DNA of 64,000 bases from Octopus bimaculoides (taxonomy: Eukaryota). Positions 39,521-53,527 of the stretch are shown here, piece by piece (position 1 is the first letter of the stretch; every line of letters starts with the position of its first letter). The position numbers and the translations under genes are program-made. The DNA lies in contig NC_068993.1 in NCBI RefSeq assembly GCF_001194135.2, positions 28,299,444 through 28,363,443 of the forward strand, written 5' to 3'. The notes beneath the pieces are model-generated. The model saw only the letters and a list, made by a program, of their open reading frames with translations, was not told where the DNA came from and searched no databases.

Positions 39521-40219
39521 GCAGGGAGGACTCAGTATGAGGGGAAGTAGTGTCATCATACAATATATATGGGTGAGTGAATAGAGTGGTGCCTGGAGGA
39601 GAGATAAAATGATGATGAGGGACGAATGCATGTCCTCAAGATAATGTCCGAGAGAACATGGTGACAGGAGAATGAGGGATGGATGGGTGGGTGGGTAAAG
39701 GTTGCCAGAGCGCAATCCTTGCCTAATTGAGCATCATGATTTAGGAAGAAAAAGGAAGGAGAGATACCAAGACATAAGCGATTCAAGTATGGAGATACTT
39801 ACCTCCTTTCTCCATACTTGATAAAAGAACAGATAAGGGGGTAGAGTAATATGAGGTCATGAAATGGACCATAGACTGATCAAAGGGAGAGCATGCACAA
39901 AACAAAAAACAAAGGAAGGTGGGGTACTATGCCATCATTTCAACAAATATTTCACCACATTTACTCATTTTAAATGCTAAAAATTTAATACATTAGGATT
40001 GAAATTACTGATTAATATACTTCAGAGTAAAAGAAGATAATACACAACTGATTTTTAGGTAGAAAATGTTTGGGTGGGTGGGGTTAGTATTACATTAAAG
40101 ATCACATTGAGTAGATATGGATAAAGAACAAATGAGTTTAGAGGTAAGAGGGAAAATTTTTACATAACTGATTTTGTTAAATCAAGACAAGATTGTAAGA
40201 AAATGTAATAAAATTTTAC

Positions 40220-40255
40220 CAATCATCAGGTTTCACTGCATCAGGATCAGCTATT
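40220..40255 (-). CDS. CANX: Calnexin 36-nt exon: IADPDAVKPDD(W)
   Basis: tattttcag|A ... TG|gtaaaa; supplies the P-domain type-1 repeat needed to join the flanking exons in frame. Confidence 0.93.
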
Positions 40256-40484
40256 CTGAAAATAAAGTAAATATTTCATTGAACATGAATGTAATGATTC
40301 AGGTTATGAAAACATTCAAGAAACAAACTACACAAGAAAAAGTTACACTTTTTATTTAAAGTGAAACCTTTCATAATTTCATGTTAATTTATGTTCCAAA
40401 CATCATGATTATTTTCTAAATTAATTCAAAGAAAGGTTGTGTATTTCAATAGAAGCAGGGTTTCAAAAAAGTTCAGTTACTTAC

Positions 40485-40559
40485 TTCTCTCTATCATCCC
40501 AGTCAGCAGGTTTCTGATCTTTATTATCTTCAATTTCTTTAGCTGGATTAACTGGAGGT
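40485..40559 (-). CDS. CANX: Calnexin exon: PPVNPAKEIEDNKDQKPADWDDRE(K), start of P-domain
   Basis: 75 nt, phase 2/2; cattatag|A ... AA|gtaagt. Confidence 0.95.
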
Positions 40560-40944
40560 CTATAATGAAACAAATATCACTAAGCAAAGAGACTTTGAAT
40601 GTCACATCTAATACTTATCACTACATTTAGAGAGAAACAAGCCGATGAGGAATGGAGGGATTGTGTTGCCTATCTTTTTACTCAATGATACAGTTCAGAA
40701 TTTGATGTATTTCAACCTTGTACAAAGACCTTGCTCACCAAAATGGAATAATAAAATAAAATACCAGTCAAATACTATGGTTGATGTAATCAAATAAGCC
40801 ACTTCCCTCAAAAGTGTATCTAAATTATAAACACATTTATTAGAGTAGTGGAATACCAGAAATTTCAGTGCAACAGACAAAATGGTTTGTGGTGTTTCCT
40901 CTGGCTCTTTATGTTGAATATAAGTTTGTTATCATTTCAGGGGT

Positions 40945-41880
40945 TTATAAGATAAAGTACTGTATATTTCCATGTATAAGACGACCTTTCGATCAGATGA
41001 GGTTAAAATTTGTGAAAAAAATTTCATGAATTTATCTCATGTCTGTAGTATAAGACAACTGCTAAATTACAAAACCATCTATGTACAGACTAGCTTTTGC
41101 AACAAGTATCTTTAGAAATATTGGTCATGTAAAGATGATGTTATTACAAATGTTTTTTTTACTTACTATATCCTTAGAAATTAAAATAAATGAAATAGTA
41201 AATCCCTTTCTATATCATATTTTTTTCATACATACATCACCAAAAAGGGAACCTGATTCTTCTTTATCAAAACATTATTGCTATCATAACTGCTAAAAAT
41301 GGTGATTCATATGACTGAAATGTTCTAAACTGTTACAGTCAGCCTGGACTATTAATAACCAGTTATCTATACTTCATATAAAATCACGAACTGTCTAGTC
41401 AAGTGAAATTTATAATTATTCTATACCTATACCAATATGCAACCACCAGCAATATATGGTGGCTAGTTTCAAACTGAAAGTTACAGAAGTAGTCAAGAGT
41501 TCGAAACACTATGCTACTGCTAGAACATTCGGCATTACTGAGAAGATGATACAAGAGTGGAGAAAGAATGAAGTAAAATTAAGACAAATGCTCAAACAAA
41601 AATGTGCAATAAAAGGAAGCACTCGATGGCTGAAGCTGGAAAATGATGTAGCAGAATGGGTACTCTAGAGACAAGATAGCTACATTGTAACACGAAATAA
41701 TTCATCGTCCAGCTGAGAAAAAGAATCAGTTTCCATTGTCTCATATTGGAAATATGGATGAAACTCCATTAAAATCTGACATGCTGAGTAACAAACCAGT
41801 AGATTTGAAATGAGTAAAAACAGTGCATGTTAAAAGCACAGGATATGAGAAAACGAGGTGTGTGTGCATGTCCCACCGAG
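40945..41880 (+). mobile_element. pogo/Tigger-type transposon remnant (HTH/CENP-B DNA-binding region)
   Basis: FKLKVTEVVKSSKHYATARTFGITEKMIQEWRK...WLKLENDVAEWVL; terminal-like tactgtatatttccatgtataagacgacc. Confidence 0.6.
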
Positions 41881-42670
41881 GAGATGACTGAACCAATATG
41901 AGATTCTTAAGACTCATACACCTCAGCAAAACTGAGTTTTGGAAGAGCTGTGTATTCCACCCACATGTAACATTAAATTTTTCACACACTACTCCAATGA
42001 ATCAAACTACACTGCATCTTCTTCATGCACTATGCTTATCTCTCCCTCCCTATTCCTGCAGCCCAATCTTATCCTCTCTGCCCAGCCAACTGTATCATTG
42101 CTATTTAATTGTCTCCTCTCTCTATACACCCAGGTTCTACCAGTCACAACAACATCCCTTGCATTCACATGAACTTCCTACTCATATACCCTGGGCAATA
42201 CTTTACCATCCCTTTTATAGTCATATCCTCATACCTTGAGTATGCCCTAGCATACTGCCATAATTTCTCCCCCTCTCTCTCTCCCTCTGACAGGAGTAAC
42301 TATGTATCCCCTCTATGCAAGACACCTGTTTCTGTCTCTTGGTCATATTCTAAGCTCTCATCACCCAGCACAAAGCCACTTTCTTCAATACCATACCCCA
42401 CTCAAACAATCTTTGTCTTGCAAGTTACTTGGTGATCTCACTGGGGTTGGTGCCATGTAAAAAGCATCCAGTTCACTCTGTAAAGTGGTTGGTGTTAGGA
42501 AGGGAATCCAGCAATAAAATCTATGCCAAAACAGAGAGTAGAGCTTGGTGCAATCCACTGGCTTGCCAGCTCCTGTTAAACTGTCCAACCCATGCTAGCA
42601 TGGAAGATGTTAAACAATATTATATATATATATATACATACACACACACATCTATATACATATATATGTA

Positions 42671-43933
42671 TTAGGTTGTCAAGAAAGTTCTTGCAGTTTT
42701 TAACCTTTAAATTCAGATGCACATATCTTTGGCTCAAACAAAACTTTATTAATCGAAATAAACACCATCAGAATCAACGCACTTTTGCCAACGCGAAACA
42801 AGTTTATTTATGCCAGTAGCGTAAAAATCATGCGCTCTGGTGGCGATGAAGTCGCTGAAGGTGTGTTTGGCATTGTCTTTGTTTCTGAAGCATTTCTCAC
42901 GCAGGAAGTTGTCAAGATGCTTGAAAAAGTGGTAATCGGTAGGCAAGAGGTCTGGTGAGTATGGCAGATGAGGCAGTTTCATAGCCCAATTCTTTCAACC
43001 TCTGCAGAGTCAGTTGTGTGACGTGCGGCCGAGTGTTGACGTGGAGAAGAATTGGTCCTTTTCTATTGACCAATGCTGGCTGTTCTTGTCGGAGTTTCTT
43101 ATGCATTTCACCCATTTGCTGACAGTACTTCTCCACTGTAATGGTTTCGCCTGGATTCAAAAAGCTGTGATGGATGAGACTGGCCACAGACCACCAAACA
43201 GTCACCATGACCTTCTTTTGGTGCAACTTTGGCTTCGGGAAGTGCCGTGGAGCTTCGTCGGTGTCCAACCACTGAGCTGAGCGTTGCCAGTTGTCATAAA
43301 GAATCCACTTTTCATCGCAAGTCACAATCTGGTCGAGAAACAGGTTGTTCTTGTTGCGTAAAAGAGAAGACAACACTTTTTGTTGTTCAATTCATGTGGC
43401 ACCCATTTCTCAAGTATTTTTGTTTTTCCAATCTCTTTCAAGTGGTTGGAAATTGTCGTATATGTTAAGTCTAATACAGAAGCAAGCTCCTGAACAGTTG
43501 TGCGTGGATTGGCTTTGACTAAGGCTCTTAGTTTATTGTTGTCAACATCCGATGGCTGACCACTATGCTTATCATCTTCATGACTCTCATCACCGCTATG
43601 AAATTTCTTGAACCACTATTGTGCTGTACATTCATTAGTGGTTCCTGGGCCAAACACATCGTTGATATCGTGAGCTGTTTCAGTAGCTTTTCAGCCTAGC
43701 TTGAACGGAAATAAGAAAATTGTGCGAATTTGCTTTTTGTCCATGTTGTATTCAACATTCCGGAAAAAATGGCCTAATTATTCAAAAAGGAAATGAATAA
43801 CACGATTAGATAGAGTGAAAAATGAGCTTTAAAATTATATATGAAGTCAAAGTGATTTAATGAAAATTAATTTGAAAACTCATCATTTAAAACCAAAATT
43901 AAAAATTCCTTAAGAACTTTCTTGACAACCTAA
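42671..43933 (-). mobile_element. Full-length mariner (1263 bp), inactivated
   Basis: Perfect 22-bp TIRs ttaggttgtcaagaaagttctt with TA flanks; [35 protein letters not shown]; frameshifts, and the second catalytic D appears as V (LLHVN). Confidence 0.93.
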
Positions 43934-43979
43934 TATATATGTATAAAAGACACCAACCAAACCCTAAACCTCTTCAACT

Positions 43980-45200
43980 CATTCTCTTTTCCATCTGGAG
44001 AATCCAAAGCCTTTTTCACCAAGGCCACCAAATCACTGTACACTGTCATCCTCCATAACAACAGTCTACTAGCCTTAAAACATTTCTTCGTCTGTCTCCT
44101 CTACCTAGCTGAACTCATCGAAACACTTAATTGCTTTTTTCTGGAGAATTTTATGAATAGGTTAGCAGTGCTGTTATAGGAACTAGGACGGACCCCAATT
44201 ATACCAACCTCTTTGTAAGCCACCACACTTACCAGATAACAATTTTATCTCTTTTGTTAACAACTTTCGACCCTGTCTTAGAATTTACTTCCACTGTATC
44301 CCATACTTTTGTTAGTTTTCTCAATATCTCCAAACAATATCCACCTATCTACCCATGTCCAATCCAACCTACTGACTCCCACTCCTACCTCCACTACTCT
44401 TCTTCTGACACCAAACACACTAAATCTGCCATACCCCTCGCAATTCTTTCACTTATGCTGGCTCTGCAGTGGATTCATATTCTAAACCCCAATGCCAAAC
44501 AATGCAACAATTCTTCCTGAATCAAGAGCACCCTCGATCAGTTGACACTCTGCTAGGTCCATGTCACTGACCATGCTGCTGTTCTCCTATTGCCTTTACA
44601 CACATCTACAGACTGTATTCTACTTTCCGACCTCACAACTGCTCCAAACTTTCCTGGACCATTTCTGTTCGCCTTTAAAAAAGATAAGAATCTTTGAAAT
44701 TTCCTAATAAGAAGCACTATAAAACTCAGTTCCACACAACCAAGCACTTTTGAATGCACTTGCTTATGATACAACACTTTCCCCTATGTTAATGATATTA
44801 CTATCACCACTAGGCCCAAGACACAATATGATATTAATCAGAACTTCTCTTGCACATTGCCTAACCTTATACATTGCATCATCTACAAACTTTGCAGTGC
44901 AATTTACATTAGGGAAACAGGCAAATGCCTTGTTGATCTGTTTCAGGAGTATATTCAAAGCATACTACTACATATGTCAGGCCAGTTTATTGCCACCCAC
45001 TTCAACATAACAGGCCACTCCACCACTTACTTATCAGTGTGGGTCATCACTGCACACTACAAAACCACAATCTCAAAGGAACAGAGGGGAACAACATTTC
45101 GTATTCAAAGTTTAAATGAACGTTTTTTTTTTTTAACTCTCTACTCCTATATCTACTCTTAGTTTATTCAACACTTTCTTATCTTTCACCTCCCCTTTAT
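43980..45200 (+). mobile_element. Decayed Penelope-like element (GIY-YIG)
   Basis: CSAIYIRETGKCLVDLFQEY...IATHFNITGHS. Confidence 0.65.
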
Positions 45201-46444
45201 TCTCATCTTTTCCCTTCATCTTAGCCTATTTCTCCTCATTCCAATCCTCTTTCCTTCTCACACTATTTCTCCTACCATTTATTGTTTACATACAAAGCTC
45301 AGGAGGTCCTGCATTTCTTATCAGTTGCTGCCAGTTTTTCTAACTTGGGAAGATGTACAACTCTGCTGTCACAATTTCTCTCATTCCAATTTTTCTTGGA
45401 GAAGGGCACATTGGATTTTTCACTTCTCACAGCAAGTTTACTTACTCTTTTTATTGACTTTACTATATATTATACACACACACACATGGCTAGGACAAAG
45501 TTCTGTGGCTGAGAAGTTCACTTCCTAACCATGTGGTTTTAGGTTCAGTGACATAACCTTACTAGTGCTTGTGGAAAAAAAAAGGGACTTGTAAAGTGCT
45601 TGGCATTAGGCAGAGCTTCTAGTCAAACTGTCCAACCCATGGAAGATGATGCTGATGTGTGTGTGATTATATTTGCAATCACATGTACATATGTAGCAGT
45701 GGGTGGAGTTGTTATCACTTGTCCTGTCAACAAATCATCCAGTTATTTTGTATCTTTGAAGTTATGTGGAATAAAAGATTCCTTAAATGCAAAGCAGACA
45801 AGGGTTAGCATGAAGAAGGCTATCCAGTTGTAAAACAATGTATCTGCTCCAAGAGAGCATACATATATAACTGATGTAAAATGAAATGCGAGGGGTTGGC
45901 AACAGAAAGGACATCTGGTTATAGATGTGGTTCATTGAATTTCATCTGACACACGCAAGCATGGGAAAATGGACATTGTATAGCAAAGTCAACCTTGGTG
46001 AGATTTGAATTTAGAACATGTCAAACAGACACCTGTATTTTGTCCAACACTAACAATTCAACCAATCCACTAATGAATTCTTAAATCAGCATATAATCAC
46101 AATAGATCGTGAGGGAATATTTTATTAGTCAGCAAACTAACAAAATACACCCTAATTATGTGGCCTCACACGATATTCATCTATAACTAGAACTTGAAAA
46201 AATTAAATATCTGGACCATATAGAAAGGCTTCTATATAGTACCGCACCAGTTGTAGGATACTTAGACAATCTGGTACCCAACAGGTGGTAGAATACAAGA
46301 GCCAAAACAATTTCTTTAAGTTGAAGGTATGGGTTTGAACCCAGAAGGCAAATTCTATGCACTTAACTTGCTGTAATTGCATTCCATGACATACATACTT
46401 GAATAACAGAGAAACAAAGGTACAAAAATTTGATTGATACTTAC

Positions 46445-46523
46445 GTCATGTCTTCTAACAAATTTCCTTCATTAACAACTGTTCCATCAACAGAGATTTT
46501 GAAAGTGTTATCAGGATTCACAA
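46445..46523 (-). CDS. CANX: Calnexin exon: (I)VNPDNTFKISVDGTVVNEGNLLEDM(T)
   Basis: 79 nt, phase 1/2; ttcacag|TT ... AC|gtaagt. Confidence 0.95.
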
Positions 46524-47043
46524 CTGTGAAGAAACATTTTATACATTAAGTTTTCAGTTATCATGTAATAAATTCAGATTACTTTTTAAAATATATTTCA
46601 GTTCATATTTATAAGTACAAAAGAAAAAGAAAATGGTATTTGTTAATGTAATGTTATCTTCTCAGCTAAGATAACATTACATTAACAAATGCCAACATGT
46701 CCACAAAAATGCACACACACAACTTAAAGTAAAGAGCCTTGTTCAGATCAAGACATCTCAATTGTGCAAAGTTTAAATGTCCAGAAACATTCAAACACTC
46801 ACTCATAATAGAATGCTTTATACAAGTCAATAAAACAAGTCTACCCCAACTGTGCAAGTTTAAAAACATAGATAATTGTAAACATTCTTATTGAGATAGC
46901 TAGTGTTGTGGAAGATTCGCAATGCCTTTGTATACAATGGATCTAGAAGACTTTTGTTACATTAGTCAGTCATTGAAGGAGGAAGTTCAGGACTGCTGAT
47001 CTATACAGGATCTCCCTGACCAGTGAAATTGATACCCTACAGG

Positions 47044-48029
47044 TGTTGAAACAATAGTAGATTAACAGGCCAGTGAGAAGATTCCATGCTGTTTTTTTGA
47101 TTTGCTAGAAATAACAGCTCAAGTCCCTTAAAATTGCACCCAATTGTTTTGAAAGTGATATTGCCTTTTGGAAAGTTGAGATTCAGTTTGAAATTCAGAA
47201 GATTGCTGTCTGCAAGCAAAATGTGTGGAAAGAGAGAATTCAAAAAGTTGTAATTCTGGGTAAGAATGATAGTGCAAAATGTTTAGTGTACAATCTGGGA
47301 AGTGAGAAAAGGGATAGGCACACACAATAAGTTTGGGTAGAGGTGGGTGCAGCTAGCTCAATCAGACGAGCACATTTAATGGCTTAAAGTCATGTAAGCC
47401 AGTGGTTCTAACATATTAGAGAATCTTTTCCAAAGCAGCTGAATAGTAATGGGTGGAAGAGCTGCCTAGAATTAGAGTTTGTGTGTGTAACAGCAAACAC
47501 AGTTCCAGATACATATATACAAAGTTTGTGCAAGATTATACACATGAAATTGTCCTGAGGGATCAGAGATTTTGATGCCTAGTATTAATAAGGATTGAGA
47601 ACTTTGTGCTGCACATAGGCAAGGAGTTCTATCCATAAAGAATTTCAACAAAATATAAAACAGCTATTATACTGTACAGCAATGCATGCAATAAGCAACA
47701 AGGTTCTCAGTTGTATACCCATGCAATTTAGAAAGCAACAGAGATCATGAAAGTTTAATTTTCTCCAGTAATTTGAGCAGACATGTAACATATCTACTTG
47801 ATCATGTTTGGACACAATGCTGCACTAGACTGAAATAAGTCTTGATCATCCAATTCTCTTAAAGATAGTACTCAATTCAGATTGTCATCTAATATCAGCT
47901 TTCCAAAAGGCAATATCACTTTCAAAACAATTGGGTGCATTTTTAAGAGACTTTGGCTGCTATTTCTAGCAAGTCAAAAAATAGCATGGAATCTTCTCAC
48001 TGGCCTGTTTAGATACTATTGTTTCAACA
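47044..48029. repeat. Inverted repeat: ~140-bp arms (47044-47183 / 47891-48029), ~710-bp spacer
   Basis: Arms align as reverse complements with scattered mismatches; this explains the similar ORFs 47037(-) and 47882(+). Confidence 0.85.
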
Positions 48030-48189
48030 TTACCATTATACTTCACAGTTGCTTGGCTAAATATTGAAATCTGATGCAGTTTTACTTCCAGAAATATCTA
48101 CATATTAAATACTTGCTAGAAATCTTTCTAAAATGAAAATTTATAAAGATGTTAACTTCCACAGGACCTAGAATGAGATGCAGTTTGGT

Positions 48190-48660
48190 TTTGTATCAGG
48201 AAGAAGTGCCGTAGATGCCATCCTCCAAGTGATGGCAACTGTAAGAGAAATAATTAACTAGCAGTAAGCCGCTATATGCAACATTCATAGACCTGGAGAA
48301 AGCCTTCAACTGGGTTCTTTTCTCAGTCATCTGGTGGGTACTAAAGAAGTTTGGAGTAAATGAGTGGCTAGAAAGGCCATTCAAGCTATGTACAAAGGGA
48401 CAATCAGCAAGGTTGGAGTTAATGATTACAGGTGAATTTAACATGCACACAGGGATCAGTCTTCAACCCTCTACTGTTTATAACAGACCTCCAAGCCATG
48501 ACAGGAGTTTAAGATTGGTTGGCCACATGAACTCCAGCATGTTGATGATCATGATCTTATAGTAGAATCTGTGGAAGATTTGGAGAAGAAATATCAGACA
48601 TGGAAGCAAAAACTGGAATTGAAGAGCCTTGAAATAAATTTAGCCAAGCCAGGTATGCAT
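48190..48660 (+). mobile_element. Decayed RTE reverse-transcriptase fragment
   Basis: QFGF..GRSAVDAI, FIDLEKAFN, HRDQSSTLYC segments. Confidence 0.6.
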
Positions 48661-48830
48661 AAAAGGAATAGTATTGTCTTCACTTCTACTTTAATATTTT
48701 ATAATAATAATATACATTATTAGCTGTCAAAGCTACTTACCACTATTTATTATTCCTAAAACAAGATATCAAAGCTATTTTATTATAACACAGAATACTA
48801 TATGAATAATGAAAGATTAAATAAACTTAC

Positions 48831-48906
48831 TAAGTTGATATAAATGTGTCTTTTTATCTGTAAAGTAACTTTCAATGCTTCCTGTAGGTTTTTTGGCATG
48901 CTTTTC
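48831..48906 (-). CDS. CANX: Calnexin exon: EKHAKKPTGSIESYFTDKKTHLYQL
   Basis: 76 nt, phase 0/1; ttctag|GAA ... CTT A|gtaagt. Confidence 0.95.
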
Positions 48907-49249
48907 CTAGAAATAAAAAGTAGGTATTTACAAAACCATAATACTAATTTTGGCACAAGACCAACAATTTTGATAGGAGGAAGCAAGTCAATTACATCAA
49001 CCCTAGTACTTGACTGGTACTTTATTGACCTCAAAAGGATGCAAGGCAAAAATCAATCTTGAAGACATGCCACTAAGCGTTTTGTTTGACATGCTAAGAA
49101 TTCTGCTACCTTGCCACTTTAATATTTTTTTCTTTTTGTCCTTCTGACCTCTGCAAGGTGGCTGGAGATTAATCTGCTTAAGTGGTCAAATGAAGCAGGA
49201 GGTAAAAAGACAAAAGAGTGAAAACATTTTTGTCTTTAATTAAAAATTC

Positions 49250-49760
49250 AATAATTTAGTTGTGAATCACCAAGAACATGGTGGGCCTGCAATGGAATAG
49301 AATCTGAAGGTGCTATGTTTGGAAGTAAGTTCAGTACATTACAGATTGGAAAAGATGTCAGCTCAAACACCTAATGATGAAGCCTAATATGGTCCTTAAG
49401 ATGCATGCCTGCTTTGTATCAAAATTATAAGCAGATGATCAAACCTTTTCCAAGCAAGAAACTACATCATCATTGTGAAATGAATGCAACTGAGCATTTC
49501 TGTCATGAAGAAACTTTTGATTCTCCTGATTGTGGATGAAATGGGATGCTTCATGCTGGTGATCAACAAATAATACCCCTAAAAATGCTCAGTGGGGAAA
49601 GACATGTGGAACTGAAACATTGAGTTTGTGTAGACTATGCAGATTATGATGGTGAATACCTGTTCATTATTATAGATGCACATTCAAAGTGGATTGACAT
49701 TTGCACAACATGGATCAGCCACATGAACCCAATGCAGCAATTCAATTAACCATTACCACT
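49250..49760 (+). mobile_element. Gypsy integrase remnant
   Basis: VDYA...YLFIIIDAHSKWIDI at about 49630-49700. Confidence 0.55.
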
Positions 49761-50527
49761 TGTGTAGAGAAGCCTTTGCCAGTGAACTCCTGGTACAGTG
49801 ACAAAGGTATCATTTGTTCAATTTTCAATATTAAACTCAATGTCAGTTCACCACACATAATTTCAGGTGACAGCTTTCATTTTGATTATTCCAGAGTGAC
49901 ACTAGTGAAGCTTGTCTAAAACTCATCTGAAATACTGTGTGAATCAAATCCTGTATTCTAATGTAAAACTGCATGTGGTTATTAATAGCAACTATCATAT
50001 AGTCCTAGCTATGTAATAAGAAGTTTATTCACAACCACCTGGTTTTGAGTTTAGCCCCACTGCATGGCATCTTAGGCAAGTGACTTCCACTATAGCACCA
50101 AGCCAACCAAAACCTGGGACCTGGATTTGAAAGACAGAAATTGAAAGAAGCCCATCATGTAAGTGCACACCTGTGTGTGTATTTGTGAGAGTAGGTGCGT
50201 GGATGTGTTTGTGATTCTTTGCCATCACATTGTCAGCAAGTGTCAACATTATGCAAGGTGTTTCCAATCTTCTGTGAAAATATGTGTCAGTCATGGGGAA
50301 ATATTTCCTTATTTGGAAACAGTCAGGGTTGACAACGGAAAGAACATCCAGCAATAGATAATATGCTTCAACAAATTACATCCCATGGGCATCGGAAAAT
50401 GGATGTTAAAACAATGATGATTAACATTATATGATTCTTGGTAGCAGGTGTCCAAGAGATTTATGGTCCATAATAATGCAGAACAGGTATTCAAGAAAAT
50501 ACAAATGGATTGTATGTGTATATGTGT

Positions 50528-51502
50528 TGTTACGAACGCCTGCACACGAAGCACCTCCTTAACCGAAGAGAGAACTCGCGTGCGCGCGAATGTCGAACGC
50601 TCAGTGAGTTAGCAGCTCGCCTCGGTCACTTGGCCAATAATAAGCCCCAGCTGGAGCACGCAACGAAGAACAACACAGGCAAAAGGAGGGGTGGAAGAAA
50701 CAACACGAAAACCATGCGTTGGGTAACCTTTTCTTTTTACATAACATCAAAAACATGAGAATAAAGCATTACATAAACATGAGAATACATTTCAAAACAT
50801 TACATGACAGTTCAATAACATATAATGGTGTTACATTGTGTGAACATAATCAAGGGTTTGCAATCATTAAGTCCATCAAAAGTTCTTTCTGTTCTTTCTT
50901 TTCTTCGTTTTCTCTTTTCAGTTACACATCACAGTTGTCTTTTTCTTTAAACATCAAACAAATACATTTCTTGGAAGAATATTTGTAATAAACCTTTGCT
51001 GTACTCAATTCCTTTCTTTCACAAAACTCACTATATCCAAGTAACCAAGTACTTCCCTTTTTGCCTGCTTCAACAGTTCCCTCTCTCTGAGACTCTATGC
51101 ATTTCTGCTGACTATAGCTTTCTCTCTGTCAGACTTATCATTCTTCATCTTCACTTCATCCAACTCGACTGGCTTCATCTCCTTGGGCAAACTGCTGTCC
51201 CCAACTGCTTCGGCTGACTGCTACCACTCGACTGCACCAAATCCTCCCGGCCAACTGCTTCCCACCAATTCCTGTTCTCCTATTCATCCCAAATACCATA
51301 GCTCATAGTGTTACTTTACCCCCTCCTAGAACTGGGTCGGTTCGGTACAATTCCTGTCCTGCCTGCTGAACTTTCGGTGACCGGAAAGGGGGCAGCTACG
51401 CTAAAAATAGCATTGGTTGCCGACAAGACAAAGGAAATACCATTGTCCTCAACTGACCAGAGTATGGGTTCAAAACCCAGCCCGGGAGATAGGAATATAA
51501 CG
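50528..51502. mobile_element. Probable solo LTR (~975 bp)
   Basis: Starts TGTTAC and ends ATAACG (degenerate TAACA); CpG-rich start; internal AATAAA near 50986; no target-site duplication evident. Confidence 0.45.
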
Positions 51503-51572
51503 CTAATTGTATATATATATATATACACACACACACATATATATATGTATTTATATATATATATATATATAT

Positions 51573-51990
51573 NNNNNNNNNNNNNNNNNNNNNNNNNNNN
51601 NNNNNNNNNNNNNNNNNNNNNNNNNNNNNNNNNNNNNNNNNNNNNNNNNNNNNNNNNNNNNNNNNNNNNNNNNNNNNNNNNNNNNNNNNNNNNNNNNNNN
51701 NNNNNNNNNNNNNNNNNNNNNNNNNNNNNNNNNNNNNNNNNNNNNNNNNNNNNNNNNNNNNNNNNNNNNNNNNNNNNNNNNNNNNNNNNNNNNNNNNNNN
51801 NNNNNNNNNNNNNNNNNNNNNNNNNNNNNNNNNNNNNNNNNNNNNNNNNNNNNNNNNNNNNNNNNNNNNNNNNNNNNNNNNNNNNNNNNNNNNNNNNNNN
51901 NNNNNNNNNNNNNNNNNNNNNNNNNNNNNNNNNNNNNNNNNNNNNNNNNNNNNNNNNNNNNNNNNNNNNNNNNNNNNNNNNNNNNNNNNN
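51573..51990. other. Assembly gap flanked by (TA)n
   Basis: N run. Confidence 1.
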
Positions 51991-52220
51991 AAAATGGTGC
52001 ATCTCATGTGCCACCCGCACAAGAACCAGTCCAGGGGCACTGGCAACGATCTTACTTGGCTTGCCGGGTCTTCTCACGCACAGCCCATTTCCAAAGGTCT
52101 CGGTCCGTAGTCATCGCCTCGGTGAGGCCCAATGTACGAAGGTCTTGCCTCACCACCTCAGCCCAGGTCTTCCTGGGCCTACCTCTTCCACGGGTTCCCT
52201 CAACTGTTAGGGTGTGGCAC
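51991..52220 (-). mobile_element. RTE 3' fragment
   Basis: Reverse complement of the GRGRPRKTWAEVVRQDLR segment. Confidence 0.8.
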
Positions 52221-52926
52221 TATATATATATATATATATATATATGTACAAATTTAATTAAGCAATTACTTGAATCTATAAAATATTAAACAAATGTTTA
52301 AATTCTTATTTGAACACAACATTTTTTTCTGCTATAAAGCAATTAAATTTACTTCCCATTAGAGTCAAGTAGACACAGACATAGATGTCATGTTGGTCAT
52401 ACATTGAATAAGAGAAACAATGTTTCTTCCATAGACAGAAGGCCTAAAAATTTATAAGGGAAAACAAAGTGTGACATCATGATGTATTTTGTCTTTCTTA
52501 TTGGAATCAGTAATGTAATAGAAGCAAAATAATATCAAACAGGTATCAAAACAGAGTCCCAAAATACAAAATTTGGGAAAAAGAGTGAAACTGGTTCAAT
52601 CAGATGCCAGGCCAAATCTATTACTTCTTTGATCTTGGAAAGAGAAAGGGTAAAGTTGACCTTAGATTTGATCTCAGAATATGAGGTCACAACTAAATAG
52701 TGAAAGTTATTTTGTTAGGTACACTATTGTCATAACAATCTGGTAAAGAACATCAGTAGCAATGACATTGGTAGTAGTAGAAGACATCAGCAATTATGCA
52801 TCAATACCTATTCTAGGTATAATATAAATAGAAGAAGCAGTAGTCTTTCAAATATATATATAAACACAGTAAATTAAGATTCTGACATAAAAGTATAATT
52901 AAATATAAATGATTTAATTTACTTAC

Positions 52927-52974
52927 TGTAATATCTCCAGTTTTAGGATTTTTGTGTCTAAAAATGAAATGAAG
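52927..52974 (-). CDS. CANX: Calnexin exon: LHFIFRHKNPKTGDIT
   Basis: 48 nt, phase 0/0; tttcag|CTT ... ACA|gtaagt. Confidence 0.95.
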
Positions 52975-53493
52975 CTGAAAAATAATGTACAAAAATAAAA
53001 ATTATTTTTGATTGAAGTTTAACTGCAGTATAACATTTAAAGTTTAATTACGATATAAAGAATTTAGCTATATGAAGATAACTTTTAAACTAAATAAAGT
53101 CAATGAAAAGTGATGCATTCAAATACATCAACTTCAAATCACACAAATTTTTTAAAAAAGGACGTAGACACCAGAATGACAGCCAGAATTTCCTGTTAAT
53201 GCATACATTAAGTAGAGACAATGCAATTGAAACTGCAATATAAACATGAAACATTAACTTAGTATATTGGCTTATGAATAATATCATGAAATATTTAGAA
53301 GCCAAGGGAATGACAAAGAAGATTTAATAAGTAAAAGATTAAGTTTTCCTAACATAGTTGCCAGCATTTAAGCCAGCTGAAGGGATTAACCCTTTATGTT
53401 AAAATAAAGACACTTGCCCAAGGTGTCATACTATGGACTGAACCTACAACCATCAGGTTGGAAAGTGAACTTATCACATAGCTATGTCTGAAC

Positions 53494-53527
<34 letters not shown>

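Noticed and set aside
51308-52289. ORFs of 216-300 aa
   Set aside because: They span an N gap and join an LTR-like end to an RTE fragment.
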